IMG/VR virus record: IMGVR_UViG_3300011868_000001
Location: 1 to 64,000 of that record
Strand: one strand, 5' to 3'
Source: a virus
Lineage: Duplodnaviria; Caudoviricetes
DNA length: 64,000 bases
The position numbers and the translations under genes were made by a program. Under the pieces are notes generated by a model that saw only the letters and a program-made list of their open reading frames with translations, did no database searches and was not told the DNA's origin. Position 1 is the stretch's first letter. Each line of letters opens with the position of its first letter. Positions 1 to 10,344 of the stretch are shown here, piece by piece.

Positions 1-754
1 AACACACCACGAAATCATAGCGGTACTTAAGCGAATCCCCGATCCGATTGCGCAGATGGTGCGGGGCATTGATCAGTGCGTAGCGATGTCCATTCCACAC
101 CCCTTCCTGAATGTAATTGCGGATCACCGACTTGACGATCTTCTCATCGTAGTCGATCAACGTCTGCCCGAGGGCGATGGTCTCGGGTCGGAACCGACCG
201 TTGTCATCGAGTGCTGTATCGATGTCCTCCACCCGAGAAGCACAGTTGATCATCCATGCATTGACCGCCTCGGTATCGTCCAACTCGAACTTCCAGAGGT
301 CGTAATCTTCCACCTGCTGCAGAGCCAGTGGAATGGATTGTCTCCAGTCCTCAGTGGTCAGGAGGTTGTTGAAGAAGGCATGGGCAAGTACAGCTCCGGA
401 TCGAGAAGCATCGGCGAGCAGAAAGACACCACCTTTCTCACGAGTCGCCATGTAGTCAGCGTACGAATAAATCGCAGGTAGATGCCCGAGCTTATCGATA
501 GCGGTCTTATGGTGATCAATGATCATGATCGATTTGATGTGATCGGGATAGATCGAGTCGATCTGTTCTGGGGTCAGCGACAGGTCCACCAGAATCAGGT
601 GTTTGTTATACACCTGCGTCGGCAGTTCCTCCCCGTACTGATATTGAATCAATGGAGTGCCTTTCGGCAGAACCTTGCTGGCCGCCCAAGCTGCCCCCAG
701 ACCGTCGTTACAGCCCCGATGATACAGGACGACGGTATCGTAGTTATCGTGCAT
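1..754 (-). CDS. DHH-family phosphoesterase (NrnB/oligoribonuclease-like), runs off the window start
   Basis: Not in ORF track; manual translation from ATG 754 (SD AAGGAG): MHDNYDTVVLYHRGCNDGLGAAW...LVDLS...IIDHHKTA...SGAVLA...EDYDLW. Confidence 0.85.
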   Translation of the reverse strand, partial: MHDNYDTVVLYHRGCNDGLGAAWAASKVLPKGTPLIQYQYGEELPTQVYNKHLILVDLSLTPEQIDSIYPDHIKSIMIIDHHKTAIDKLGHLPAIYSYADYMATREKGGVFLLADASRSGAVLAHAFFNNLLTTEDWRQSIPLALQQVEDYDLWKFELDDTEAVNAWMINCASRVEDIDTALDDNGRFRPETIALGQTLIDYDEKIVKSVIRNYIQEGVWNGHRYALINAPHHLRNRIGDSLKYRYDFVVC

Positions 755-763
755 CACCACTCC

Positions 764-1588
764 TTAAACCTTAGCCAAAGTTAGTCCTGTCTGATACATG
801 TACTTGCCACCTTTGTCTTTGTAAGAACGTAAGCACTGCTCATCGCCTTGGAAGAACACGAATTGGGCGATACCCTCTTCAAGGTAGCACCTTACTGGGC
901 TATTCGATACATTCGCAACCTCGATCACTACATGGCCTTCGAATTCAGGTTCGATAGGTGTGACGTTGCAGATCAGTGCCGAACGGGCATAGGTTGATTT
1001 ACCCAGGACGATCACCAGCACATCACGAGGGATGTGGAAGTATTCGACGGTGGGCGCTTGAATGTAGCTGTGAGCCGGGATCAGTACGTAACGCGCCCCT
1101 TCTTCATCAACCCGGATCAACGGTGTTGCGAAGTTCTCCGGCATCATGCGCTTAGGATCGATTTCCGGCATGAACACATTGGTAAAGACCTTGATGTGTT
1201 CCGGATCACCTTTAAGGCGCACATCGTAGCCATACGACGACGTTCCGTAAGAGATGACCTTACGGGCTGTCTCTGGCGGTTCCTCGCCATAGGGGACGTC
1301 TACGGGCTCACCAGAGGCTTTGTCGACATAGCGCACTGGACGATCGAACGCATTCTCGATCATCGGTACCCAATGAGCCACCTCCTCCGGGGTCACTGGT
1401 CGGCAGTACTCTTTGCGCATGAACTTTTCACGACCGTTCTCCAGACACCAGTTGTTGATCACTTGCTGCTGGTACGGCGAATACGGTGGACCGATCAGGC
1501 GACCGTTGGACGGGTTAGCATGTTCGATAAAAAGGTGAGTAGGCTTGGTGCACTGCTCGATGATCCAGCGATCACTTTTAAGACCCAT
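764..1588 (-). CDS. dcd: dCTP deaminase with N-terminal insertion
   Basis: ISYGTSSYGYDVRL, GKSTYARS, NVTPIEPEFEG, EGIAQFVF, Y..KGGKY..Q motifs. Confidence 0.93.
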   Translation of the reverse strand: MGLKSDRWIIEQCTKPTHLFIEHANPSNGRLIGPPYSPYQQQVINNWCLENGREKFMRKEYCRPVTPEEVAHWVPMIENAFDRPVRYVDKASGEPVDVPYGEEPPETARKVISYGTSSYGYDVRLKGDPEHIKVFTNVFMPEIDPKRMMPENFATPLIRVDEEGARYVLIPAHSYIQAPTVEYFHIPRDVLVIVLGKSTYARSALICNVTPIEPEFEGHVVIEVANVSNSPVRCYLEEGIAQFVFFQGDEQCLRSYKDKGGKYMYQTGLTLAKV

Positions 1589-1607
1589 TGTAAGTTACCT
1601 GTTTGCT

Positions 1608-1955
1608 TTAATGAATGGATGCCTGTCTGGCCGCCTCTGGGCTTCCACACGGCTTGAATCGACTTGCCCGCTCTCGTAGTGCTACCGTGAGGTTAAACCG
1701 CGTGGTGGCGACACCCAGCTTGTTCTTGACGGCGTGATTCAATGCCAGCTTCAAGACCGTCTTACGAATCGGCTCAAAGTTACTGATGTCCTCAGGGTCT
1801 TGGAACAGATCACCTACGTAGTAGATGGTCACCAGACCTGACTTATTGCCCTTTTCGTCTCGAACGACACAGGTGCCCATCTTACGGAACCCTGGAAGGG
1901 CTGTAAGGCTAACCGTTACCTTGTCATTTAGGTTATGTACTGAAACTGAACTCAT
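1608..1955 (-). CDS. hypothetical protein
   Basis: ORF downstream of a candidate early promoter; start uncertain (track start 2021). Confidence 0.55.
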   Translation of the reverse strand: MSSVSVHNLNDKVTVSLTALPGFRKMGTCVVRDEKGNKSGLVTIYYVGDLFQDPEDISNFEPIRKTVLKLALNHAVKNKLGVATTRFNLTVALRERASRFKPCGSPEAARQASIH

Positions 1956-2025
1956 TGCCCCTACCCCATGTTGACAGCATAGAAAAGACCACTTGTTTTT
2001 ATTTTTACGTGGTATATTCACCTCT

Positions 2026-2036
2026 GTAATGTATCG
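2026..2036 (-). promoter_or_regulatory. candidate phage early promoter (TACATTAC)
   Basis: Minus strand CGATACATTAC after an AT-rich tract; resembles phiKZ early consensus TATATTAC; related motif recurs at 18533, 22718, 29744, 35891. Confidence 0.5.
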
Positions 2037-2145
2037 CTATATAACACTCCATTTAGAAAAAACATCTACCTTGTTAATCTATGCAAAGAGGACCAACCAT
2101 TCGCCAACGCAGGTCCAAGAATTCATTCAGCTAGAGCCTTGACAC

Positions 2146-4635
2146 ATGATCAAAGAGTTTATCAAACGTGACGGACACATCGAGCCTTTCAATGCCGCCA
2201 AGGCGCTGGGTTGGGGTAAATGGGGTGCACGTGGGTTCTCCAAATACATCGATTGGAACAAGATCGTTGTTCAGACCGTCTCCCAGATGCCTGAGCGCTG
2301 CACGGCCAAGCAGTTCAACGATGGCTTGATTCGCAATGCCTTGAACGAAGACAGCTGGGCCGGTCAACTGATGGCTGGGCGTATTTACGCAGCTGACATC
2401 CACAAGGAAGTTTTCGGGGGCAAGAAGAAGCTGCCGATCAAACAAGTCCATGAGATCATGCAAGCCGCCGGTGTCATGGTCAAGCTCAACTACTCCGATG
2501 CCGAGTATGAGCAACTGGAACAATGGATCGATCACGAGCGTGATTTCCATTGTGCGCACTACCAGCTCAAGCAAGGGCGTGACAAGTACGCGCTGCGCAA
2601 CCGTATCACCGGTCGTATCTACGAGACCCGTCAGCACGCACTGATGCGTGTGGCCATGGCCATCTGTGAGCCAGAAGACCCGATCATCCGGATGGCACGA
2701 CTGGAATCGCTCTTCTCGGACCTGTCGCACGAGCGCCTGTCTGCTCCGACGCCGAACCACAACAACATGGCCACCGGCCATAACGGCTTCTTCAGCTGCT
2801 GTCTGTTCACCTGCACCGACACCAAAGAGTCTATCGCTGCCTCCAGCCACATCGCTGAAGTCATGACCTACATGTCGGCAGGCCTCGGTGAAAACATGCA
2901 GGTGCGTTCGCTCGGCGACGGTATCCGCAACGGCTCGATCGTCCACAGCGGTAAGATTCCGTACTACAACAAGCAGACCGGGATTGTAAAATCCAACAAG
3001 CAGGGTCCTCGTGGCGGTAGCCTGAACGAGTTCTTCTCGGCCTATGATCCGGAAGTCGCCGGGATCATGGTCCTGAAGAATCCGCGCACGCCGATCAACA
3101 AGCGTAACCGTAGCATCGATTACACCATGATGCTCAACCGCTTCTTGCTGCACAAGTCCTCGCTAGGCGAGAACGTCTTCCTGTTCAACTGCTACAATGC
3201 CCCTGACCTGTACGCTGCGATGTATAGTAAGGACCAGGACCTGTTTGTCAGCCTGTACGAGAAGTACGAGAACGACCCGACTTTCAAGAAGACGTACGTC
3301 TCGGCCAGGCAGCTGGTGGTCAACGCACGTTCCGAAGGCTTCGAAACCGGCCGCTTCTATCTGGCGATGATCGACGAGATCAACTACCATACCCCGCACC
3401 GTGATCCGATCTACTCGAGTAATCTCTGCGTAGAGATTACCCAGCCGACGTACTGGTACAAACATTTGACCGAGTTGTACTCGACCAAGTTCTTGGGCTT
3501 CATCCGGTTCGAGACGGCCAAAGGACAGGACAAGATCCTCGACAGCAACATCCCGGTTGAGATCAAGGGCTATCCAGGTAAGGTGGCAGCGCTGGAACTC
3601 AAGCCAGGCGTCATGTACCGTAAAGCTGACCGTAAGAAAGGCGATGACGAATGGACCACAGTCACCAAGGTTGTGGAAAGCCGTCAAGAGCCTGAGGTTT
3701 CCCTCTGCGCCCTGGCTGCCATCATCATCACCAACATCGACAGTGAAGAGCAGTACGCTGAAACGGCTTACAACGCCCTGTACATGATCGATTACTGCAT
3801 CGACCATAACGACTACGCACTGCCGCACATGAAGCTCACAGCGCAGGCGCGGCGTAATGCCGGTGTGGGGATCATGGACCTGGCGCATTACATGGCCCGT
3901 AAGAAGCTGCCCTACCACAGCGAGGAAGGCTACAAGGAATTGCATCGTGTGGCAGAGCGTCATGCCTACCACCTGATCAATGCCTCGATCCGCCTGGGTC
4001 AGGAACGTGGTAACGCCGAGTGGATTCACAAGACTGATTGGCCGCGTGGTTGGACGCCGCTGGCGACCTACAACCGCAACGTCGACAAGCTGGCCGACTT
4101 CGAATACCAGTACAACTGGGACGCGGTGTCGTTGAACCTCATCGCCTCCGGCGGTGGTCGTTTCAGCTCGTTGATTGCTCACATGCCGGGCGAGTCCTCG
4201 TCCAAGTACAGTGCGGCAACCAACAGTCTGATGGAACTGCGCGAACTGTCGATCATCAAGACCGACGGCGACAACAGCATGTATTGGGTGGCTCCTGAGG
4301 CTGATACGCTCAAGGACTACTACGGCATCGTCTGGAATTCGAACCGCTACCAGCAGACCAACCTGTACGCCATCTTCCAGAAGTGGGCAGACCAGTCGAT
4401 CAGTGCTGACCTGTACGCCACCTTCAAGGGTGATGAAAAGGTCAACAGTTCCGATCTCATCAAAGAGACCAACTACATTGCGGACATGGGTCAGAAGACC
4501 GTCTACTACACCAACTCGGACACCGCTGACAAAGAAGCCCTCAAGGCCGTCATGCAGCGTGTACGCCGTGAGGTCGAAGATGACGGACTGGATATGTCCG
4601 GTCCTGTCTGCACCAGCGGTGGTTGCTCGATTTAA
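2146..4635 (+). CDS. nrdA: ribonucleotide reductase class Ia alpha subunit
   Basis: SSCC, SSNLCVEI, SLCAL, KTVYY and C-terminal CTSGGC motifs. Confidence 0.95.
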   Translation: MIKEFIKRDGHIEPFNAAKALGWGKWGARGFSKYIDWNKIVVQTVSQMPERCTAKQFNDGLIRNALNEDSWAGQLMAGRIYAADIHKEVFGGKKKLPIKQVHEIMQAAGVMVKLNYSDAEYEQLEQWIDHERDFHCAHYQLKQGRDKYALRNRITGRIYETRQHALMRVAMAICEPEDPIIRMARLESLFSDLSHERLSAPTPNHNNMATGHNGFFSCCLFTCTDTKESIAASSHIAEVMTYMSAGLGENMQVRSLGDGIRNGSIVHSGKIPYYNKQTGIVKSNKQGPRGGSLNEFFSAYDPEVAGIMVLKNPRTPINKRNRSIDYTMMLNRFLLHKSSLGENVFLFNCYNAPDLYAAMYSKDQDLFVSLYEKYENDPTFKKTYVSARQLVVNARSEGFETGRFYLAMIDEINYHTPHRDPIYSSNLCVEITQPTYWYKHLTELYSTKFLGFIRFETAKGQDKILDSNIPVEIKGYPGKVAALELKPGVMYRKADRKKGDDEWTTVTKVVESRQEPEVSLCALAAIIITNIDSEEQYAETAYNALYMIDYCIDHNDYALPHMKLTAQARRNAGVGIMDLAHYMARKKLPYHSEEGYKELHRVAERHAYHLINASIRLGQERGNAEWIHKTDWPRGWTPLATYNRNVDKLADFEYQYNWDAVSLNLIASGGGRFSSLIAHMPGESSSKYSAATNSLMELRELSIIKTDGDNSMYWVAPEADTLKDYYGIVWNSNRYQQTNLYAIFQKWADQSISADLYATFKGDEKVNSSDLIKETNYIADMGQKTVYYTNSDTADKEALKAVMQRVRREVEDDGLDMSGPVCTSGGCSI

Positions 4636-4697
4636 CTGCCAGTGAACGGCCGGTAAACATTACCGGCCTTCCCTCCCTCATTCGGATAACGACAGAC

Positions 4698-5849
4698 ATG
4701 TTTGACAGCAAGATCTTCAACGCTGAAAAAAGTGATTACGATCAATCCACGCTTTTTCTAGGACAACCCAATGGACTGCTTGACACGGTTAATAGCCATC
4801 ACTCTCGCCTGTGGGATCTTTACCGCTCCCTCCGGGGCCTGGACTGGGACACCCACGAATTCGATTTCACTCCCTGCCTACTTGAGTTCAAGACTAAGCC
4901 CAAGGGAATATCCCAGGCCATGATTCAGAACCTGGGTTGGCAGTGGGAAGCCGACTCAGTAGCCGCCAACTCCATCATGGCGGTGATGAACCACTTCGTG
5001 ACCGACTCAGGCCTTAAGACGGTCTGGGATCAGATCGTGGCGAATGAGAACCTGCATGCGACGACCTACTCGGAAATCGTCCGCTACAGCTTCGACGCCC
5101 CGAACAAGGTCCTTGAAGAAGTGCTGGGGGTCAAGGAAAGCCTGATGCGCCTGTCCACTGTGGGCAAGGTCATGGGCAATGCCTTCCAGGTCGGCCTCAA
5201 AGTCTCACTGGGTCTGATCCCCCGTGATTCGGAAGAAGCCTACACTGCGGCATTCCTGTTCACCTGTGCCCTGTTCGGCCTCGAGCGCGTCAACTTCATG
5301 GGCTCGTTTGCCGTGACGGGTGCCATTGCTCAGACTGGCGATTTCATGCCTATCTGTAAGGCGGTTCAGCGCATCGCGCAAGATGAAGCTGAAATCCATG
5401 TCAACGTCGGCAAGTACGTGATCCAGACAGAACTGGCCACCGCTCGTGGTCGTGCCTGCTGGAAAGCCAACCGTCAGATTATCGACGACATGTACATGGA
5501 AATCATGGCCTCGGAGATGCGCTGGGTCAACTTCCAGCAGAATTCCGGTTCGGAACTGCCGAAGGAAATCACCGGCTGGGATCAGATCAAGCAGTACGTG
5601 CGGTTCAACGTAGCCGATGCACTGGATACCCTGGAGCGCCCAGTCGACTTCAAGGCACCGTTGGAAATCCCGCTGCCGTACATGGTCAAGTGGCTTGATG
5701 TATCGGCCACCCAGGCCTCGCCACAAGAGCAGGACAATGGCCAGTATCGAGTCAACGTGGTGCGCCATGATGACCACGGTCTGACCTTCCCGTTCGAGCC
5801 CAAGCGTGAGCGTAAACGCTGGTTGCCAGCGTCTGTAGCTGTTGCCTAA
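4698..5849 (+). CDS. nrdB: ribonucleotide reductase class I beta subunit
   Basis: EADS, ENLHATTY (ExxH plus radical Tyr), LERVNF, DEAEIH, SPQEQDNGQY; follows nrdA; start moved to ATG 4698. Confidence 0.93.
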   Translation: MFDSKIFNAEKSDYDQSTLFLGQPNGLLDTVNSHHSRLWDLYRSLRGLDWDTHEFDFTPCLLEFKTKPKGISQAMIQNLGWQWEADSVAANSIMAVMNHFVTDSGLKTVWDQIVANENLHATTYSEIVRYSFDAPNKVLEEVLGVKESLMRLSTVGKVMGNAFQVGLKVSLGLIPRDSEEAYTAAFLFTCALFGLERVNFMGSFAVTGAIAQTGDFMPICKAVQRIAQDEAEIHVNVGKYVIQTELATARGRACWKANRQIIDDMYMEIMASEMRWVNFQQNSGSELPKEITGWDQIKQYVRFNVADALDTLERPVDFKAPLEIPLPYMVKWLDVSATQASPQEQDNGQYRVNVVRHDDHGLTFPFEPKRERKRWLPASVAVA

Positions 5850-5853
5850 GTGA

Positions 5854-5889
5854 CATAGTCCCGTAGCCATTCAGGCTACGGGACTTATG
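5854..5889. terminator. CATA/TATG-closed stem-loop after nrdB
   Basis: cata-gtcccgtagcc-attca-ggctacgggac-ttatg. Confidence 0.75.
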
Positions 5890-5896
5890 CCGCCCC

Positions 5897-5904
5897 ATCC
5901 TATG
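5897..5904 (+). promoter_or_regulatory. candidate late promoter ATCCTATG
   Basis: Same octamer in 5 intergenic positions upstream of genes; phiKZ late promoters have a TATG core. Confidence 0.5.
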
Positions 5905-5956
5905 TACAGGGGTTCTTTTTAAACTGTACATTCATAGCTTAACTGAGGGAAACCGC

Positions 5957-6484
5957 ATGAATAGCGCCAAAACCGGCCGGGCTCTGCTGCTCGCCGCTCT
6001 GAACCGTGCTGCCGCTGCACAAGGCTACAGCTTCAGTGAATCTGATCTGACCTTCAGTGCCGTCTCCGCCACGGACAACCCCAACCGCGAAGTCGAAGTG
6101 ACTTACGCCGCGACTCCTGAGAGCCAGTTCGAGGGTCAGGAAGTTGCCTACTACAACCGCATCGACCTCGGTCCGCTGTTTGCCAACGCTGGCTATGAAG
6201 TGATCGAGATGGCGCCGGGCGCCTCCATGGCCGGCAGCGTTGTTGAATACATCAACAACCGCTTCGACATGGGCTTCACCGCCGAAGACTTCGACTTCGA
6301 CGCCCCGGTCGGTGATTCTGATGAAAGCGTCGTGCTGACTGCACTGCCGGGTTCCTACGCCTTCAAAGGCCAACTGGTAATCCTGCTGGTTGCTCCCAAG
6401 GTTCAGCTGAGCGACGCCGTGGTCAACCCTGAGCTCGACGGCATGGAAGGTGACGCCCAGCCGCAAGAAGTAGCGCCTGAGTAA
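5957..6484 (+). CDS. putative virion structural protein
   Basis: Acidic beta-rich protein with YYNRIDL motif shared with 9763-10320 (YYARADI); heads a fibre gene cluster. Confidence 0.6.
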   Translation: MNSAKTGRALLLAALNRAAAAQGYSFSESDLTFSAVSATDNPNREVEVTYAATPESQFEGQEVAYYNRIDLGPLFANAGYEVIEMAPGASMAGSVVEYINNRFDMGFTAEDFDFDAPVGDSDESVVLTALPGSYAFKGQLVILLVAPKVQLSDAVVNPELDGMEGDAQPQEVAPE

Positions 6485-6518
6485 TCGCCCTTAGTACGGA
6501 CTGAAGTGAGGATACCCT

Positions 6519-6998
6519 ATGGGTGATCAAAGCTTAACCGTCTCGATTGCCCAGCTTCCTCCACTTGATCCGCAGCTGCTCTCGGGTGAAGACAGCGTTG
6601 AAATCACCATCAGCACTCGTGCTGATGGTGGTGCTGGGTTTGCGAAGAAGACGTACCGGACCACGCTCAACGCCATCCTCAAAATCTACGCTGGAAGGCG
6701 AGATAACCCTAACCAGGTGACTGCCGAACAAGTTGGCGCTCTCACCGTAGAACAGGTAAGGGCACTGCTTGCGGAGAAGCTTGGCGTTAATGATGTTGCC
6801 GTTAACGCACTGAAGCTGGACGGTAAGACTCGACAAGAGATTGTCGAAGAAGCGCGTGCGGGAACTGTAGAAGACGCGCGCAACCTAGGAGGACGTTCTG
6901 CTGAGGAATACCTTCTGGTTGACAGTTTCCAATCGGTCATGACCAACGTGACCCTGAGTATCGATGAGCTTGCTGACTCCCTCAGCACTTCCAATTGA
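6519..6998 (+). CDS. putative tail fibre-associated protein
   Basis: RRDNPNQVTAEQVG and KLDGKT/NLGG repeats shared with neighbouring fibre genes. Confidence 0.65.
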   Translation: MGDQSLTVSIAQLPPLDPQLLSGEDSVEITISTRADGGAGFAKKTYRTTLNAILKIYAGRRDNPNQVTAEQVGALTVEQVRALLAEKLGVNDVAVNALKLDGKTRQEIVEEARAGTVEDARNLGGRSAEEYLLVDSFQSVMTNVTLSIDELADSLSTSN

Positions 6999-7010
6999 AG
7001 GTAACGATTC

Positions 7011-7994
7011 ATGTCCCTCGATGTACAAAAGCTGACAGCCCTGCTGACCTCCATCAGCGCATTCAACGTCACCCTGCGCCAGCGCCTGGAAACCAAACTC
7101 GATGCCAATGGCACCGCAGCCAACGCTGAGAAGCTCGGTGGTCAAACCCTGACCGAAATCCTGACCAATCTGGATGCTGCCAGCCGCACCCAGCTCGAAG
7201 CCCTGAGTGCTGACCTGACTGCCTTTATGGCCCGTCGGGACAACCCGCATCAGGTCACCAAAGAGCAAGTCGGCCTCGGTAACGTACAGAACTTCGGTAC
7301 TGCAACCGACACCGAAGCCCTGGCAGGTACTGCTGCTGACAAGCTGCTGACCCCGGCGAACCTGGCTGCCTTCTGGGCTGACAAAGTCGGCGCTGCTCCT
7401 CAGACGCTCGACACCATCGCTGAGATCTCGGCTGCTCTGCAGAACAACCCTGATGTGATCACCGCCCTGCAAGGCCTGGTCCAGGATAACGCTGACGATC
7501 TGGCTGCCATGCAGCTGCTGCTCGATGCCAAGCTGGGTCAGACCGGTCTGGACCTCGTTGCAGCCAGCGATGACAAGACCCGTTATGTCACCGGCACTCC
7601 GACCGCTATCGGTAACGTTACTCTGGTCACCGGCGTTGCTGCAGCTGCTGACCTGGGCATCACCGATGCACAAGTCGCCGACCAGACTGGCGTTCTGACC
7701 ATCACCTCCGGTTCGGTGGGCGGTAGTGTCATCGTCAGCCGCAAATTTGCCGTTACTGTTGAAGGTCAGACTGTTACCTTCGATCAGGTCGGCACTGCTG
7801 TAGGTGGCTGGGGCGCGTGGTCGCGCGTCATGCGCACCACCGATCAGTCCAGCGACGCTGCGACCCTCGGTGGTTTCGGTCCGGAGCATTTCGCGACTGC
7901 TGCTCAACTGTCGACCGTGCAGGCCGATAGCGAAGCGGGCTTCCAGGCTCTGATCGACGAAATGGCCGCTCTGGCTGCTTCGCTCGAAGCGTAA
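7011..7994 (+). CDS. tail fibre protein
   Basis: DNPHQVTKEQVGLGNVQN and APQTLDTIAEISAALQNNPD fibre repeats. Confidence 0.75.
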   Translation: MSLDVQKLTALLTSISAFNVTLRQRLETKLDANGTAANAEKLGGQTLTEILTNLDAASRTQLEALSADLTAFMARRDNPHQVTKEQVGLGNVQNFGTATDTEALAGTAADKLLTPANLAAFWADKVGAAPQTLDTIAEISAALQNNPDVITALQGLVQDNADDLAAMQLLLDAKLGQTGLDLVAASDDKTRYVTGTPTAIGNVTLVTGVAAAADLGITDAQVADQTGVLTITSGSVGGSVIVSRKFAVTVEGQTVTFDQVGTAVGGWGAWSRVMRTTDQSSDAATLGGFGPEHFATAAQLSTVQADSEAGFQALIDEMAALAASLEA

Positions 7995-8132
7995 GAATAT
8001 CCCACACTTGCTGTGAGATAGTATGAGAGGGTGCTTTATATACCGTAAAGCACTCATCTAAGGATCGTCCAGCCCTGACACGATTGGGCGTGGGCGGTCC
8101 GACCTTTCTTCTGTTAACGAGGATGTACTCTG

Positions 8133-9716
8133 ATGGCAATGTCCAATGCGGCTCTTGAAGCAGCCCTGAAAGCAGCCCTTCAACGCCTGGTCGCAGCGCT
8201 GGCTAACAAAACTGCGCCCGACTCCCTGAAACTCGAAGGCAAGACCCTTGCCGAAATCACCACTCAGATCCTCGCTGGCAAAGCTGCATCCGCTGCTGAA
8301 GCTGACAATGCGCTGGCCCTGGGTGGCAAAGACCTCGCAACCATCGAAGCTGAACGCGCTGCTGCGCTGACCGCTGCGATCGATGCCCTGCGTACCGAAC
8401 TGGAAGGCTCCATCGGTGGCGTGACCAAGGAATCCATTGGTCTGGGTAACGTCGTCAACTACGGTGTTGCGACCGAAGAAGAAGCTCTGGCTGGCGCTGC
8501 TGACAAGTACGTCACTGCCTTCCTGGCCGACAAGATCGCTCAGGCCAAGATCGACGAACTGGTCGGTGCTTCTCCGGAAACCCTGAACACCATCCACGAA
8601 ATCGCCGCGGCGCTGAACAACGATCCGGACGTCATCAACTCGATGATGACCCTGATCGGCACCAAGGAGACTCCGGAAGGCGCTCAGGCTAAAGCCGATG
8701 CTGCCCGCGACGCTGCCATTGTCGCTGCTGGCACTGAAACCGATGCCAAGATCGCTGCTGCGGTAAGTGCTTCCGAAGAAGCCACCGACGGAAAGATCGC
8801 CGTTTCCGCCTCCGAGACCCTGGAGTCGGCCTCCCTCGACGCGCAAGCCAAAGCTGACGCTGCCGAGCAAGCTGCTATCGATGCTGCTGCCCTGGATGCA
8901 CAAGCCAAGGCTGACGCTGCTGTCGCCACCGCCAATGCTTACACCGACACTGGCCTGGCTACCAAGCTGGGTAAAGAAGAGCAGGCTGCTGACTCTGCCA
9001 AGCTCGGTGGCAAGACCCTGGCCGAAGTCATCGCCGATGCGCAAGCTGGCGTGGACATGTCCAACCTGGTGCAGAAGACTGATGACTTCAGCGCCTACAA
9101 GGTCGGCGAACAAGAGCTGGGCGTGCTGCTCGCTGGTCTGGCCAGCGGTCAGAGCGTTACTGATCTGCAAGCTGCATTCGACGCGTTCGTAGCTGCCAAG
9201 GCTACCGACAACGACATGCTGACTGGCACTGACGACACGAAGTACACCACTGCTCGTGCTGTCAACTACGCCATCGAAGCGGCTATCTCTGCTCTGGTTG
9301 GTACTGCTCCGGAAGCACTGGATACCATCCAGAAGCTCGCCGCTGCTCTGCAGAACAACCCGGAAGCACTGACTGCCCTGCAGACCATGGTTGGCCAGAA
9401 CGCTGACCGCATCACTGCGCTGGAAGCCAAGGTCACCAGCGACACCGCTACCGTCCTGGCTGATGCCAAGGCGTACACCGACGCGGAAGTCGCTGCACTG
9501 GAAGCTGTGGTTGACACCAAGCTGGACAAGACTGCTCAGGCCGTCGACTCCGCCAAGCTGGAAGGTCAGTCCCTGGCTGACATCAACACCGCTCGCGATG
9601 CAGCCATTGCTGCTGCTGTAGCGCCGGTGGTCAGCGACCTCGAAGCACTGGTCATCGAACTGACCGGCGCCTTCGATCAGGCTGCGGCTGAGTTGGAAGG
9701 TACCCCTGCCGTCTAA
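8133..9716 (+). CDS. Ala-rich coiled-coil tail fibre protein
   Basis: Two SPETLNTIHEIAAAL/APEALDTIQKLAAAL repeats, several KL(G/E)GK(T/S)L repeats, AQAKADAA repeats. Confidence 0.75.
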   Translation: MAMSNAALEAALKAALQRLVAALANKTAPDSLKLEGKTLAEITTQILAGKAASAAEADNALALGGKDLATIEAERAAALTAAIDALRTELEGSIGGVTKESIGLGNVVNYGVATEEEALAGAADKYVTAFLADKIAQAKIDELVGASPETLNTIHEIAAALNNDPDVINSMMTLIGTKETPEGAQAKADAARDAAIVAAGTETDAKIAAAVSASEEATDGKIAVSASETLESASLDAQAKADAAEQAAIDAAALDAQAKADAAVATANAYTDTGLATKLGKEEQAADSAKLGGKTLAEVIADAQAGVDMSNLVQKTDDFSAYKVGEQELGVLLAGLASGQSVTDLQAAFDAFVAAKATDNDMLTGTDDTKYTTARAVNYAIEAAISALVGTAPEALDTIQKLAAALQNNPEALTALQTMVGQNADRITALEAKVTSDTATVLADAKAYTDAEVAALEAVVDTKLDKTAQAVDSAKLEGQSLADINTARDAAIAAAVAPVVSDLEALVIELTGAFDQAAAELEGTPAV

Positions 9717-9727
9717 CGGCGACACGA

Positions 9728-9759
9728 CATACAGGGAGGGCTTCGGCCCTCCCTGTATG
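9728..9759. terminator. stem-loop between convergent genes
   Basis: catacagggagggc-ttcg-gccctccctgtatg, perfect 14-bp stem; exact reverse complement of 22753-22784. Confidence 0.85.
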
Positions 9760-9762
9760 CTG

Positions 9763-10320
9763 TCAGTCCAACGTCTCATCTTCGATTACACGTACCGCAC
9801 CTTCATCGGTGATACGTATTCTTCCATCGTCAGTGACTCTTCTAAGACCACCCGACCAGAAGATGTGGATGGTCTTGCGGCCGATGTAGATGTAGGAGGT
9901 GTCCTTGGCAAAGATGTCGATACTGGTCAGCTGTGCCAACGACTCAAAGGGTTCATTGACATCAACATCAAACTCACCATCGACCAGGTTGAACTTACCG
10001 TCCAGATAAGCGACCAACGCATCTTTATCGTTGATCCCTACCACTTCCTTAGCGTCGATGCTAAAAGTGGGGTAGTGTGTGTTGATATCCGCTCGGGCAT
10101 AGTACAGGTCTTGTTCACCGTCAAGTGGACCGTCGGCACGTGCCTTGACCAAGATGATGGTGTTGTCGCCGTGCTCGTCTTCTTCAATCGCTCGAGGTTC
10201 CCCTACCTCAATCAGGTCCTGACTAAGACGCACCCGGTTAGTCCGATAGACCAGCGCAAAGAGGTTCTCCAGCGCCGACTTGTCGGGGTCAAACTTAAAG
10301 TTATCAGTCTTGCATGCCAT
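9763..10320 (-). CDS. putative virion structural protein
   Basis: YYARADI motif and C-terminal RVTDDGRIRITDEG repeat; paralogous to 5957-6484. Confidence 0.55.
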   Translation of the reverse strand: MACKTDNFKFDPDKSALENLFALVYRTNRVRLSQDLIEVGEPRAIEEDEHGDNTIILVKARADGPLDGEQDLYYARADINTHYPTFSIDAKEVVGINDKDALVAYLDGKFNLVDGEFDVDVNEPFESLAQLTSIDIFAKDTSYIYIGRKTIHIFWSGGLRRVTDDGRIRITDEGAVRVIEDETLD

Positions 10321-10344
10321 GGTGTTCTCAATACGGTAATGGGA

